Positions 1 to 10,239 of a DNA stretch of 64,000 nucleotides are shown one piece after another. Position numbers and translations under genes: made by a program. Numbering within the stretch: the stretch's first letter is position 1; the number at the start of each line of letters is the position of its first letter. The notes below the pieces were generated by a model. That model was not told the origin of the DNA. It did not search any database and saw only the letters and a program-made list of their open reading frames with translations. The DNA comes from Candidatus Latescibacterota bacterium (lineage in GTDB: Bacteria; Latescibacterota; CBDEFO01): the NCBI GenBank assembly GCA_965237525.1, contig CBDEFO010000008.1, forward strand, positions 672,001 through 736,000. Reading direction: 5' to 3'.

Positions 1-324
1 AGGGTCAAAGCATTGATCCCTTCTCCGGCCGGGGGCAGCGCATGTAAAAGGCTGAACATGTATCTGAGGTGGATGGTCAGATCGGACTGTGTTGATATTG
101 GGCTTTGGGGAGAAGTTCCGACAAGGATGCTGGTCATCCCGATGGACGTGCACGTGTCCAGACTCTCCAGAACATTCAAATTGACTGAGCGCAAATCAAA
201 CGACTGGAAAACCGCCGAGGACATCACAGATAGCCTGAGGAAGTTCGATAAGGACGATCCTGTAAAGTACGACTTTGCCATATTCGGCTTGGGTGTCTCA
301 GCAAAAGAGTCATCCATTACGTGA
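1..324 (+). CDS. TIGR02757/DUF2400 family protein (5' partial)
   Basis: Motifs SACKRLNMYLRWMVR, IPMDVHV, DPVKYDFAIFGLG. Frame is open from base 1. Confidence 0.85.
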   Translation, partial: RVKALIPSPAGGSACKRLNMYLRWMVRSDCVDIGLWGEVPTRMLVIPMDVHVSRLSRTFKLTERKSNDWKTAEDITDSLRKFDKDDPVKYDFAIFGLGVSAKESSIT

Positions 325-337
325 AGGAGGATAAGAC

Positions 338-976
338 ATGGCAAGCGACTTCAAGATGCTGAACATACTGAGGAAGATCCCCATGTTCGGGGAACTCTCA
401 GTGGATGAGGCAAAGCTGGTGCTGAGCGCATGCCAGCAGAAGGAGTATGAGCCCAATGAGGTGATATTCAAGTACGGGGGAGGCAGCAGGGAGATGTTGA
501 TTCTGATGTCTGGTGAACTGGACGTAAAGTCCCTCGGCGGTGTCAGCGTAGCTCAGATCAAACCTGGACAACTGGTAGGGGAAATGGGTGTCCTCACAGG
601 AAAGATCAGGTCAGCTACGGTAGTTTCTTCAGAAAAGTCAATGGCGTTGAGCTTGAACACCGCCGAGTTCGACAGGTTGCTTAGAAAATTTCAGAAAATA
701 GGTCTGAAGATATTCAAGAATATTGTGGACGATCTGTCTGACAAGATCAAAACAGGCAATGTCAATTTAGAGGGAAGCACCAAAAAGATGGAGCAGTTGA
801 GCAACATCGTAGACTCGAGCACTATGGGGTGCTCTAGTGCTCTGTTGTTGGAGCACGCCGGCATCTGGGAGGAGAGTCAGGACCTGGATGCGGTTTTGAA
901 GGAAGTATGTGGGGAGCCTGCTGAGTCAGATATCCAGACTACAAGGAGAAGCCAAAGGAGGAGTCACGAGGAGTGA
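338..976 (+). CDS. Cyclic nucleotide-binding domain protein with C-terminal antitoxin-like extension
   Basis: cNMP-binding signature GEMGVLTGKIRSATVV, no Crp HTH. RBS GGAGG. Tail LLEHAGIWEESQDLDAVLKEV. GTGA overlap with the next gene. Confidence 0.8.
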   Translation: MASDFKMLNILRKIPMFGELSVDEAKLVLSACQQKEYEPNEVIFKYGGGSREMLILMSGELDVKSLGGVSVAQIKPGQLVGEMGVLTGKIRSATVVSSEKSMALSLNTAEFDRLLRKFQKIGLKIFKNIVDDLSDKIKTGNVNLEGSTKKMEQLSNIVDSSTMGCSSALLLEHAGIWEESQDLDAVLKEVCGEPAESDIQTTRRSQRRSHEE

Positions 977-1434
977 GCTATCTGCTGGATACAGACATAT
1001 GTGTGGAAATTTTGAGGAAAAACGAAGACGTTATCTCAAAGATTAAGGCCCTGGAAAAAGACGATAGGATCACCACGTCGGCTATAGCAGCGGTAGAGCT
1101 TTTGTCTGTTGCCAATGGGGCAAGTACCAACAAAGAACAGCGTCTGAGTCAGGTAGAAAACTTTTTGGAGGATGTCGGTGTTTTGCCTTTTGACCTTTCT
1201 GCAGCGGGTCAGTACGGGAAGATATGGGCGTCCTTAAAATTCGCGGGAGCAACACTGCCTGAGAGAGATTTAAGGGTGATCAGCATAGCCTTATCTATGG
1301 ATTTTGTTCTGGTCACACAAAAGGTGGACAGCTTCAGTCAGGTTAAGGACATTAAAGTGGAAGATTGGTCCTTCAGTGAGAAGGAGAATGAAAGTCAGAA
1401 GGAGAACGAAAATGGCAGTGAGGGTGGGAATTAA
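973..1434 (+). CDS. vapC: PIN-domain VapC-family ribonuclease
   Basis: YLLDTD, AAVEL, LPFD..AA..YG.I, DL..I.IAL....LVT, VEDW motifs. GTG start overlaps the upstream stop. Confidence 0.85.
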   Translation: MSYLLDTDICVEILRKNEDVISKIKALEKDDRITTSAIAAVELLSVANGASTNKEQRLSQVENFLEDVGVLPFDLSAAGQYGKIWASLKFAGATLPERDLRVISIALSMDFVLVTQKVDSFSQVKDIKVEDWSFSEKENESQKENENGSEGGN

Positions 1435-2410
1435 CGGATTCGGAAGGATCGGAAGATTGGTCTTCAGGGCAGCGATGGAACAGGGGGGGTGCTATGTCCT
1501 TGCTGTGAACGACATAACTGATCCCCATACTTTGGCTCATCTTCTGAAATACGATTCAGTGCACGGCAAATACCCAGGTTCGGTCGAACCCAAGGACGGC
1601 GCTATCGTTGTGGATAGGGCTGAGATCAAGGTCTTATCCGAAAGGGATCCGGCCAACCTCCCCTGGGGAGACCTGGGCGTGGATGTAGTCCTTGAATCCA
1701 CTGGCCTCTTCACAGAAAGAGAAAAGACATCAGGGCATCTGAAAGCAGGCGCAAAGAAAGTCCTCATATCGGCTCCGGCCAAGGGTGAAGACGTTACCGT
1801 AGTTCTGGGCGTGAACGACTCTGCGCTCAAACCCGAATATACGATAGTATCCAACGCCTCTTGCACCACCAACTGCCTTGCTCCTATGGTGAAGGTCCTA
1901 AACGATAACTTCGGGGTTCGGAAAGGATTGATGACCACGATTCATTCCTACACAAACGATCAGGCAGTTGTGGATCAACCACATAAGGATTTAAGGAGAG
2001 CCAGAGCATCCGCAGTCTCGATGATTCCTACTACGACAGGTGCCGCGGTTGCTGTCGGTAAGGTCATACCCGAGCTGAACGGAAAATTGAACGGAATGTC
2101 TGTGAGGGTCCCTACTCCTAACGGATCTCTGACAGATTTTGTAGCGGAGTTGAAAAGGAGCGCCACCGAAGATGAGGTCAATGAGGCGTTCAAGGCGGCC
2201 TCCCAAGGAGGCAGCCTGAGGGGGTATCTTTTCTACAGCGAGGAGCCGATAGTCTTAGCTGATATTATAGGCGATCCAGCTTCCTGCATCTTTGATGCGC
2301 CTTCGACCTGTGTTGTAGAGGACAACCTGGTTAAGGTAATAGGATGGTATGACAATGAGTGGGGCTATGCCAACAGATGCAGTGAGCTCATAAAATTGAT
2401 GGCCGATTAG
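1412..2410 (+). CDS. gap: Type I glyceraldehyde-3-phosphate dehydrogenase
   Basis: [28 protein letters not shown]. True start is ATG 1412 after GGAG. Confidence 0.98.
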   Translation: MAVRVGINGFGRIGRLVFRAAMEQGGCYVLAVNDITDPHTLAHLLKYDSVHGKYPGSVEPKDGAIVVDRAEIKVLSERDPANLPWGDLGVDVVLESTGLFTEREKTSGHLKAGAKKVLISAPAKGEDVTVVLGVNDSALKPEYTIVSNASCTTNCLAPMVKVLNDNFGVRKGLMTTIHSYTNDQAVVDQPHKDLRRARASAVSMIPTTTGAAVAVGKVIPELNGKLNGMSVRVPTPNGSLTDFVAELKRSATEDEVNEAFKAASQGGSLRGYLFYSEEPIVLADIIGDPASCIFDAPSTCVVEDNLVKVIGWYDNEWGYANRCSELIKLMAD

Positions 2411-2431
2411 TAAACTAGCAATCTTTAGAAA

Positions 2432-2453
2432 GCCCCGATACTTCAATCGGGGC
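2432..2453. repeat. REP-like palindrome CCCCGAT-N6/7-ATCGGGG, copy 1
   Basis: gccccgatacttcaatcggggc. Near-identical copies at 11129, 24105 and 26064. Confidence 0.75.
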
Positions 2454-2518
2454 AGGGCGCTGGCCCCCAACCCTGTATGCTCTCTGCTACGTTAGCAGGC
2501 TCCCTTCTGAAAAATGGC

Positions 2519-2547
2519 TTGCAGATTGCGGGGATTGTTATTATATT
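2519..2547 (+). promoter_or_regulatory. Sigma70-like promoter of secG
   Basis: TTGCAG-N17-TATATT. Confidence 0.5.
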
Positions 2548-2603
2548 TGACAAGCACGCTATAGTAGAGGGGGAAAATTCTGGTAGAGGAGACTTGAAAC
2601 CAA

Positions 2604-2999
2604 ATGGTCACTTTTTTCATAATTGTTCATCTTTTGGTAAGTGCAGCCTTAGTTATCTCTATCCTCCTTCAGTCCGGAAAGGGTGGAGGACTGTCGGGGG
2701 CATTCGGTGGATTGGGTGAAGCGGGGGCAATATTAGGTGGGAGAGGGACCGCTACCTTTCTTAACAAAGCTACCGTAGTCTTGGCAATTGTCTTTGCTCT
2801 TAACTGTTTCGTCCTTGGCTACTTCTATTCTCAAGGCAGCCAAGTTCAAACCGTAACAGAAAGGGTGCAGGGAGGAGGAGGCAGATTTTTCCCTCCCGCT
2901 GCTCTTCCTGATGTGACAGAGGGCCAAGAGCCAGGGTCTCCAGCTCAGACAGGGGGAGCTGTAGAATCGGAAATCCCCCAAACCTCAGAAACCGAATAG
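2604..2999 (+). CDS. secG: Preprotein translocase subunit SecG
   Basis: ILLQSGKGGGLSGAFGG, two TM segments, FLNKAT. Confidence 0.95.
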   Translation: MVTFFIIVHLLVSAALVISILLQSGKGGGLSGAFGGLGEAGAILGGRGTATFLNKATVVLAIVFALNCFVLGYFYSQGSQVQTVTERVQGGGGRFFPPAALPDVTEGQEPGSPAQTGGAVESEIPQTSETE

Positions 3000-3140
3000 G
3001 TAACTTTTACCTCTCCCCAAGTGGTCGGCTCGGTCAACGTTGTGCCTCCGTTATACTCCCAAATATTCCCTCCCGTTGGAGTGATTAGAGTGCCTTAGGA
3101 TCGATCTCCGGTGCTCCTATTCATCGCTAAACCCACAGGG

Positions 3141-3584
3141 TTACGTAAAAAATCGGGAATTGCTTATTCTGATCTTTACAGAGAGATCGTTTATAACATT
3201 TCTTAACATCTTGAGACCTATATTGTGGTATTTTCTGAGCAGTCTGTCGAACTCCGCGGTGTTCAAGCTCAGTGCTATTGACTTTTTTGAAGAAACTACC
3301 GTCGCTGACCTGATCGTTCCCGTGAGGATGCCCATTTCCCCTACCAGTTGTCCAAGGTTAATTTCAGCTATGTTAAGGTCGCCGCTAGGCCCCCTTACGT
3401 CCAGTTTGCCCGACATGAGGATCAACATCTCACTGCTGCCTCCCCCGTATTTGAATATCACCTCATTGGGCTCATAGTCCTTCTGCTGGCATGCGCTCAG
3501 CACGAGTTTTGCCTCATCCACAGAAAGTTACCCAAACATGGGGATCTTTCTTATCATGTTCAGCATCTTGAAGTCGGTTGCCAT
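3141..3584 (-). pseudogene. Inverted paralog of the cNMP-binding gene with in-frame TAA
   Basis: Reads MATDFKMLNMIRKIPMFG*LSVDEAKLV. TAA at 3528-3530 where the 338..976 copy has GAA. Lacks the C-terminal tail. Confidence 0.8.
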
Positions 3585-3662
3585 GTCTTATTCTCTTTCA
3601 CGTAACGGATGGCTCTTCCCCTAAAACAGTGACGTCAACCCCCAAACATCCAAACTGGAGAT

Positions 3663-3691
3663 AATATACGACGATTCCAACGCTTTGTCAA
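3663..3691 (-). promoter_or_regulatory. Sigma70-like promoter of the cNMP paralog
   Basis: TTGACA-N17-TATATT on the minus strand. Confidence 0.6.
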
Positions 3692-3844
3692 CCTTTTTTA
3701 TCTTAACATATTTATTTTACAATAAGTTAGTATTCATAAACTATTCCATAAATACTATATAAAAAGAAAGCCCGCCATTTCTGACAGACTCTGTGTTCGA
3801 GTATCTCCGACCGTTCTACATTTAGAGCATCTTTACACATAGGA

Positions 3845-6826
3845 TCATTCACTCGTTACCATTATCACCTCGTGCAACGTCTTGCTCAGTTCTTCGACCT
3901 TATATGGTTTGGCAACAAAACTGCTGAAACCATATTGCCTGAAATTGGCTAATACCGGATCGTTAGAATAACCGCTCGATACAATTGCCTTAACCTCAGG
4001 GTCTATTTCAAGCAGCCTCCTGATGTCTTCCTCATCGTCCATTATCAAAATCTTGCCTTTGCCGGCAAGGGGTTTTTCCTCTAAATCTTCCTTTATCTGG
4101 ATTGCTTTTGAGGTAGCGGGGAGATAGATATGGAAGGTAGTTCCAACTCCCAACTCGGATTCTACACTTATGTACCCATCGTGGTTTGAAATTATGGAAT
4201 AGGAGGTGGTAAGACCAAGTCCGCTCCCTTTCTTCTTGGTTGTGAAAAAGGGATCGAATACCTTATCAAGTTGCTCCTGGGGTATACCGATCCCCTGATC
4301 TTCAACACATATTTTTATATATTTTCCCTCCTGCAAAGGGAGAAAGTGTTTTGCTCCCACAGTAACATTTTCAGCACGCACCTTAATTGTCCCACCTTGG
4401 GGCATTGCCTGGTAAGCATTGATAATCAAATTGTTGATGACCTGACTTATCTGTCCTTCATCAGCATTAATTGGCCAAACATCGTCTGGTGTGGAAAATT
4501 CGCATTTAACATTGGAGCCTCTCAAGGCAAAGTCAATTGAATCTTTTATGAGCTCTGGGATAGCGACTGTTTTCTTAATCGGTGCTCCGCCTTTGGAAAA
4601 GGTAAGCAATTGCTGGGTCAGGTCTTTTGCCCTCATGGACGCTTTTTCCACATTTGTCAATACTTCAGAGATCTTATCTTCCGATTCTGCATATATCTTT
4701 GCAAGGGAGGTATTAACCAAAATTGTAGCTAGAATATTATTAAAGTCGTGAGCAATTCCAGCAGAAAGGATACCTATCGATTCAAGTTTGCTGATTCTTA
4801 GAAGCTCCGCTTCCATTTTAATGCGCTCGGTGATGTCCTCCATATAGCTTTCAAATCGGTCAAGCTGACCATTTTCGTCCCGAATAGCCACACTGTGGCC
4901 TCGCACCAGGATTTTCTTTCTATCCTTCCGTCGGAGCCAGTACTCGTACTCGTGGTGGCCATAATTATTAAGGTGTTTCAGTAGCTCTTCTCGGTCTTTG
5001 GGGTCTACATAGACATCAGAAGGCTTTATGCTACCGTTGTCGCTCGGTTCCAGCCCCAACATCTCCAAACCTTTCGGATTATAATAGGTAGTCTCGTCCT
5101 GTTTCGTTATAGTAATCCCTAACGGTAAACGCTCAATGAGCATCCTGTATTTTGCTTCGCTTTCCCGCAGCGTCTCTTCCATCCGCTTGTGCACGGTGAT
5201 TTCGTGATAATACCAGACCCGACCATAGTACTCTCCATCCGGACCGAACATCGGAGCGGAGTAGCGTTCGAACGTTACGCCGTTGACCAATGCAATCTCA
5301 TCATAGCTCTTCTCGCTGCGGTGTTCATAGAGATAATTCACCCGTGCAACGAACTGCTCTGGATCGACTAACTTGTTCAACACCGACGGTAAGGCACGCT
5401 CGCTGGACCTTGCCTCTTCAACCTCAGGAGTGATACCCCACATGTGAATAAATCGCTGGTTGAAAGAGAGCCACTTCCCTTTATTATCGACCACAAGGAT
5501 CCCGTCGATCGAAGTTTCCTGCTGAGTCGATAGGATAATGTTCCTAAATCGCAGTTCTTCCTCTATCCGCTTGCGCTCGGTGATGTTTTCATGTATAATA
5601 ATAGCACCAATCACCTTACCATTTTTGAAAAAAGGAACTCCTTTCACATTGAAATAAGCATCAGTACCCCCAGTTGTCGTGGGGAAATACACATCCTTTA
5701 AATCCAAAGACTCTCCTTTGATCACTCTTGTGTAACTCTCCACAATACCTGTATTTACAATACTTGGGCGAGTTGCAAAATCTTCCCCAAGGTATTCTTT
5801 TTTAGAAGTTTTCCCCTTGCCTATGTGATCTATGTGATAAGGATTAATGTCGACTACTTTACCATCCTTGTCCAATAAGACAATCGATACAGGGGCTTTT
5901 TCAAATATACTCCTATACCTTTCCTCGGTTTCTCTTAATGCCTCCTCCGCCTGAATGCGCTCATATATTTCCCCTTGCAATTCTTTCGTTCGTATTTCTA
6001 CCCGTCTTTCCAGGTTTTTGTTTACATATTCCAATTTATCAACCATCAGGTTGAATGAATCAGCTAAGTGGCCGATCTCATCCTCTGACTCTGTCTCTAT
6101 TCTGTAGGTGAGATCTCCTGTCGCTATCCTCTTCGTTCCCCTCACCAGCATATTAATAGGCGAAAGTAACCTGCGAACATAAAACGCGCCTACAACTATT
6201 GCTATAATCACAATCACTAACGCCCCCAAGAGCGTATTTCTTACGGCTATCCTAATCCCTTGATCTTTGCTATCAGCGACCTCTTTGATCATCTGACTGA
6301 TGGTCTCTTGAATCCCTTCGGGAGAGAAACCGATACGGACAATACCCAGCCTCTTTCCCCCAAGCATAATAGGCGCCGATATATCAAAGATATTTGCCTG
6401 CCTTTGTATTAACAAATCTTTGGAAGCGATCGCCCCTTTAGTAAGCTGATCGGTAAGCATGCTCCCGGTCAATTTAGACTCTTCAGTCCCATCAACCTGA
6501 ACCCTCCCTTCTTCATCATGGACGTAAACATAAAGGATGCCCTTTCCCTTCATGGCCAACCTGGCAAGATAGTCCATTTCGAAAATGTCAAATTCATGCA
6601 TAGGCTCCACAAGCTTTTTGGCCAGTAGGGTTGTTAGATCACTTATTTTCTGATCCCATTCTTGCTGAAGAGCATTCTCCATAAGGACTATGTTAATGCG
6701 TTCTACATCAGAGAAACTCCGCCGGTGAAGATCTATTACAACGGCAATAAAAACCACTACCGTCAGTAGGATCACAAGCGCGGTAAATAACATTAACTTT
6801 GTCCGGATGCTTCTGAATCGGAACAT
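3845..6826 (-). CDS. Hybrid sensor histidine kinase (TM-sensor-HAMP-3xPAS-HisKA-HATPase-truncated REC)
   Basis: HAMP DEIGHLADSFN, H-box GIAHDFNNIL, DPFFTTK..GSGLGL. Receiver domain is internally deleted. Confidence 0.92.
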   Translation of the reverse strand: MFRFRSIRTKLMLFTALVILLTVVVFIAVVIDLHRRSFSDVERINIVLMENALQQEWDQKISDLTTLLAKKLVEPMHEFDIFEMDYLARLAMKGKGILYVYVHDEEGRVQVDGTEESKLTGSMLTDQLTKGAIASKDLLIQRQANIFDISAPIMLGGKRLGIVRIGFSPEGIQETISQMIKEVADSKDQGIRIAVRNTLLGALVIVIIAIVVGAFYVRRLLSPINMLVRGTKRIATGDLTYRIETESEDEIGHLADSFNLMVDKLEYVNKNLERRVEIRTKELQGEIYERIQAEEALRETEERYRSIFEKAPVSIVLLDKDGKVVDINPYHIDHIGKGKTSKKEYLGEDFATRPSIVNTGIVESYTRVIKGESLDLKDVYFPTTTGGTDAYFNVKGVPFFKNGKVIGAIIIHENITERKRIEEELRFRNIILSTQQETSIDGILVVDNKGKWLSFNQRFIHMWGITPEVEEARSSERALPSVLNKLVDPEQFVARVNYLYEHRSEKSYDEIALVNGVTFERYSAPMFGPDGEYYGRVWYYHEITVHKRMEETLRESEAKYRMLIERLPLGITITKQDETTYYNPKGLEMLGLEPSDNGSIKPSDVYVDPKDREELLKHLNNYGHHEYEYWLRRKDRKKILVRGHSVAIRDENGQLDRFESYMEDITERIKMEAELLRISKLESIGILSAGIAHDFNNILATILVNTSLAKIYAESEDKISEVLTNVEKASMRAKDLTQQLLTFSKGGAPIKKTVAIPELIKDSIDFALRGSNVKCEFSTPDDVWPINADEGQISQVINNLIINAYQAMPQGGTIKVRAENVTVGAKHFLPLQEGKYIKICVEDQGIGIPQEQLDKVFDPFFTTKKKGSGLGLTTSYSIISNHDGYISVESELGVGTTFHIYLPATSKAIQIKEDLEEKPLAGKGKILIMDDEEDIRRLLEIDPEVKAIVSSGYSNDPVLANFRQYGFSSFVAKPYKVEELSKTLHEVIMVTSE

Positions 6827-6828
6827 TC

Positions 6829-7785
6829 TTAGCGAACCTCCTCTCCACAAGTCTTTAACACGTCCTCAATGGGCTTTAAGACCTCTTTTGTAATTTCAAC
6901 GAATCTATTTATCTGGCGCGGTTTAAGGGCTTCTCTACCTTCTTTGCTCTTATCCATCTTGAGCAGTTCTTCTTTAATCCTATCCACCAGTTTCTTTTCC
7001 AGCCCCGCTCGGACTATCACGAACATTCCTGGAACCTTCTGGGTCTCATAAATAATCTCAAACTCCTCTCTATAAGCCTCTGGGTTCTCCCTTGAATTAA
7101 CCCAATCCAAGTTGCTCAAAGCTCCAGCAGCGACCTTGTTATAGTACACCCAGCTGGAGATATTCAACTCTGAGCCGGAAAAAATATAGCCTATCTTACC
7201 CGGCGGAACAGAGGAATCAAAGTGATCCAATTCAACCAGATCCAGGCCCTTTATCTTCATTGAGCACTTGGGAAGGAGGTAAGCTGAGGTTGACACCGGA
7301 TCCTCGAAGGCGATTATCTTCCCCTTCAAATCTTCCATTCGACGTATTCCGCTGTCCCTTCGAACAAACACAAAGCTACTATACTCAGACATTCTGTTTC
7401 TCCAAGCTAAAAGAATTGGAGTAGCACTTACCTCAGCTTTGTACAGGAAAGCCGCAAACGGAGTATCTAAAATGATGTCGACCCTTCCCTCTTTCAGAGA
7501 CTTAATTATAGTAGCGTTGTTATTATTACCCGCAAGTATCACCTCACCTTTTTCAATGCCCACATCCTTAAGCTTTGATGCCAAATAGTCTATAATAGGC
7601 TCGAACTCCCTCTGTTTTTCCGATACTTTGTCAGTGGCCTTCCCTAGAGTAAGGACACGTTGTTTAGGCTTTTCTCGGCTATAAGCGACGTTTTCCAACA
7701 GAAGCCCCAAAGTCAAAATCAAACCCACCACAATTGTCCTAAGGCATAACCTTCTCCCTATGGTAGCGCCGTCTCCCGAGCCCAC
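6829..7785 (-). CDS. Phosphate/phosphonate-type (PhnD-like) periplasmic binding protein
   Basis: YSSFVFVRRDSGI..MEDLKGK.IAF.DP.STSAYLLP. Start codon uncertain. Confidence 0.85.
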   Translation of the reverse strand: MGSGDGATIGRRLCLRTIVVGLILTLGLLLENVAYSREKPKQRVLTLGKATDKVSEKQREFEPIIDYLASKLKDVGIEKGEVILAGNNNNATIIKSLKEGRVDIILDTPFAAFLYKAEVSATPILLAWRNRMSEYSSFVFVRRDSGIRRMEDLKGKIIAFEDPVSTSAYLLPKCSMKIKGLDLVELDHFDSSVPPGKIGYIFSGSELNISSWVYYNKVAAGALSNLDWVNSRENPEAYREEFEIIYETQKVPGMFVIVRAGLEKKLVDRIKEELLKMDKSKEGREALKPRQINRFVEITKEVLKPIEDVLKTCGEEVR

Positions 7786-9005
7786 AGGGCAGAGAGCATA
7801 GTAATAGAACCTTCTCTCTCATTTGCAGTAAATACAATTCCATTTTCAGGATGGGCTGATAATCCCTCTGTACCTATAATGCTCTTTTCCATACTAATAT
7901 CATTTTCATAGTCAACACCGGTCGGAGCAATGGAATCGAATTTGGGATCCGTCGGATCGGTAACATCGTAAACTACCACCGCATGGGATTCCTGTAAGGA
8001 AATTAGCGCATACAGCTTGCCATCTTTTTCGATTAGGACACACTCTTCCGGTTCGGTCCTTTTCGTCGACTTGCGCTGATCGATATTATAGGGAGGCGCA
8101 GGAACATCGTCCTCAATGAAGTGGGTGCTCAATAGAGTCCCATCCGGCAGGCTCATCATACTGAATGAGCCGTTCTTCTCATTTGAAATCAAGGCGTAGG
8201 CGCCGTCCGGTGAAATTGCAAGACCATCGGGCTCGGCGGGTACCCCTTCAACATCCGGTAGAGCGACAAAGGTCATAGTTGCATCAGGGACATCGGACAG
8301 TTCAAATATGCCGATTTCGCTTGTCTCCTGCACAGAGACGATAACCGTGTTGTTGTCGGGCGATATTTCAACGCCCTCAGGCTCCGAATCTTCGGCATGG
8401 TCAACTCTTATCTCCTGTGTCACTTCTGCATCGGCAACGCCAACGCTCAAATCGATAACAGAAACGCTGCCGCCAAAGCGTTCAGCGGGCTTACAAGGTC
8501 TATCTTCACGATCGTCTTCGTTGGAAACAACAATCCATTTACCATCATTGGAAAAGGCGGCAGAATCGGGATTATAGCCGACTTCGATGCGTTTTTCGAT
8601 TGTCCCATCGGAAATTTTGACCAAAAGGATCCAGCCTTTTGCGCAGTCAACTTCGGCCACTGTAACTGCAATGTATTGACCGTCCGGTGAAACATCTATT
8701 GCTGTCATCTCGGAGGTTGCAGAGCCCGGATCCAGAGCGTAAACGGAGCTAAAATTAAAGTCTGTCGCCATATAGTCGATCAGGGTGAGTCTGTTTACGG
8801 CTGAAGACACGAAGACAGCTCGGTTATCTGTCCCTGGAACAATGCGAACGATCTCCGGATTGGCGTCCTGTTCTATGGCACGGGAAATGACGGTCTTAAT
8901 TTGAAAAGAATCTGTGGTTGACGGTCCAACGGGTCCTCCTCCGTCCTTCCCGCAGGAGACAACTATCAATAAAGCCATTGACGATAAGATCGACAGATTT
9001 CTCAT
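7758..9005 (-). CDS. Beta-propeller lipoprotein (choice-of-anchor I / alkaline-phosphatase-associated-like)
   Basis: Lipobox VVSC. Repeats SPDG/SNDG, EPEGV, EPDGL, EPEE, GTEGL. Confidence 0.65.
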   Translation of the reverse strand: MRNLSILSSMALLIVVSCGKDGGGPVGPSTTDSFQIKTVISRAIEQDANPEIVRIVPGTDNRAVFVSSAVNRLTLIDYMATDFNFSSVYALDPGSATSEMTAIDVSPDGQYIAVTVAEVDCAKGWILLVKISDGTIEKRIEVGYNPDSAAFSNDGKWIVVSNEDDREDRPCKPAERFGGSVSVIDLSVGVADAEVTQEIRVDHAEDSEPEGVEISPDNNTVIVSVQETSEIGIFELSDVPDATMTFVALPDVEGVPAEPDGLAISPDGAYALISNEKNGSFSMMSLPDGTLLSTHFIEDDVPAPPYNIDQRKSTKRTEPEECVLIEKDGKLYALISLQESHAVVVYDVTDPTDPKFDSIAPTGVDYENDISMEKSIIGTEGLSAHPENGIVFTANEREGSITMLSALWARETALP

Positions 9006-9032
9006 AAGAGACCTTATTCATTTTATCAAAGC

Positions 9033-10163
9033 TTAAAACTTGAAATTGGATTGGATCAAAAGCTGATTGTCCCTCACACTATCTTCCGGAGGATCGCCGC
9101 CTGTTGTTTCGTCAAGGAGGTAATACTCCACCTTTATGATAAGATTTTTATTGATCCGAGTCAATAGAGCGAAAGCAGTCATCTTACGATCCCAGGTCAT
9201 AGGATTGCCTAGCAGGGGCGGATGGTCTCTGACATTTAAAACACCATAACGAATTAGAGGTTCGATATCTTTTAGCGGCAAAAGCTCGATTCGATAAGAC
9301 CCTTCGATGTAATAACCATCGCGGGGTAATAACCCGTCCTGCGAATTGATAAATTCAGCTCGAGCATGGACTTTATGCCGATCAAAGCTAATCCTTCCGC
9401 CATACCACCAATGAGTCCTATCGGTGCGATCGCCTAATTTATCGTATTCGGCTAAACTCTGGGAAAGCTGTGTCTTCCAGTCAAAGTCGTCTATCAGTTT
9501 GCCGTTATAATACCAACTCAAAATAGATAAGTCAAGTGCTTTTAATCCTAGAATAGCGCCATACTCAAAGGTCTGGCCATCTTTTGTCGCAGAATCATCG
9601 TAAACAATCAGTTTGAAAGATTTGTCCTCAGCGGCGTCGCCGGTTCCCAGCGGACGTTTCTGGGCAGTAGAAAGAGCGCCGACTAAACTGATATCTTCGG
9701 CTATCGGGAATTCGGTCTGTGAGGTAATGTGATATTCCCGGCCTCTCCAATAGGCAGTACCGATCAGCGGATAGCCCTCCGTCCGGCGACCGGTGTGAAT
9801 ATAGGGACGGTTTTTCCCAATTTCAAATAGAGTGCGGATCAATGGTGCATTAAGGTGAGCATAATGTTTATCTACGCGCGCTTTATTATCATCAAAGCGG
9901 AGCTATGCTTTATAGTATAGATTTTCGTTATAAATAATTTTGGTCGACAGTACAGCTTTATCTATTCGCGCGTGTGGGCTACGTGTTTTAACCTTTTGAA
10001 AGGTCAGATCTCGATGAGCAAAACCGCCGCTGCCTTCAACATCTACGAATTCCATCTCCACCACACCGCCGAATTGCATTAAAATACCATCGCTATTTCT
10101 AATCTGGAATGCATCCGATTGGGCAGTAAAAAGTAGGATACTTAATAACAGCAAGTTTCTCAT
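9033..10163 (-). pseudogene. Putative outer-membrane beta-barrel/porin interrupted by one in-frame TAG
   Basis: Signal peptide. ORFs 9903..10163 and 9033..9842 are in frame across TAG 9903-9905 (YYKA*LRFDD). C-terminal Phe (QSNFKF). Confidence 0.6.
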
Positions 10164-10239
10164 TTCTTTTTAATCTCTTGCCGATCACGATAGACCATCA
10201 TTGACCTCCTTGATAGCGATTTTGTCAGTCTTGTATGCA

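Noticed and set aside
1304..1411. N-terminal extension of GAPDH in the ORF track
   Set aside because: Lies within vapC. The conserved start with RBS is at 1412.
3695..3770. AT-rich stretch with imperfect tattc(c)ataaa repeats as a replication origin
   Set aside because: Too short, with no clear DnaA-box cluster. It is explained as promoter-upstream or terminator DNA.
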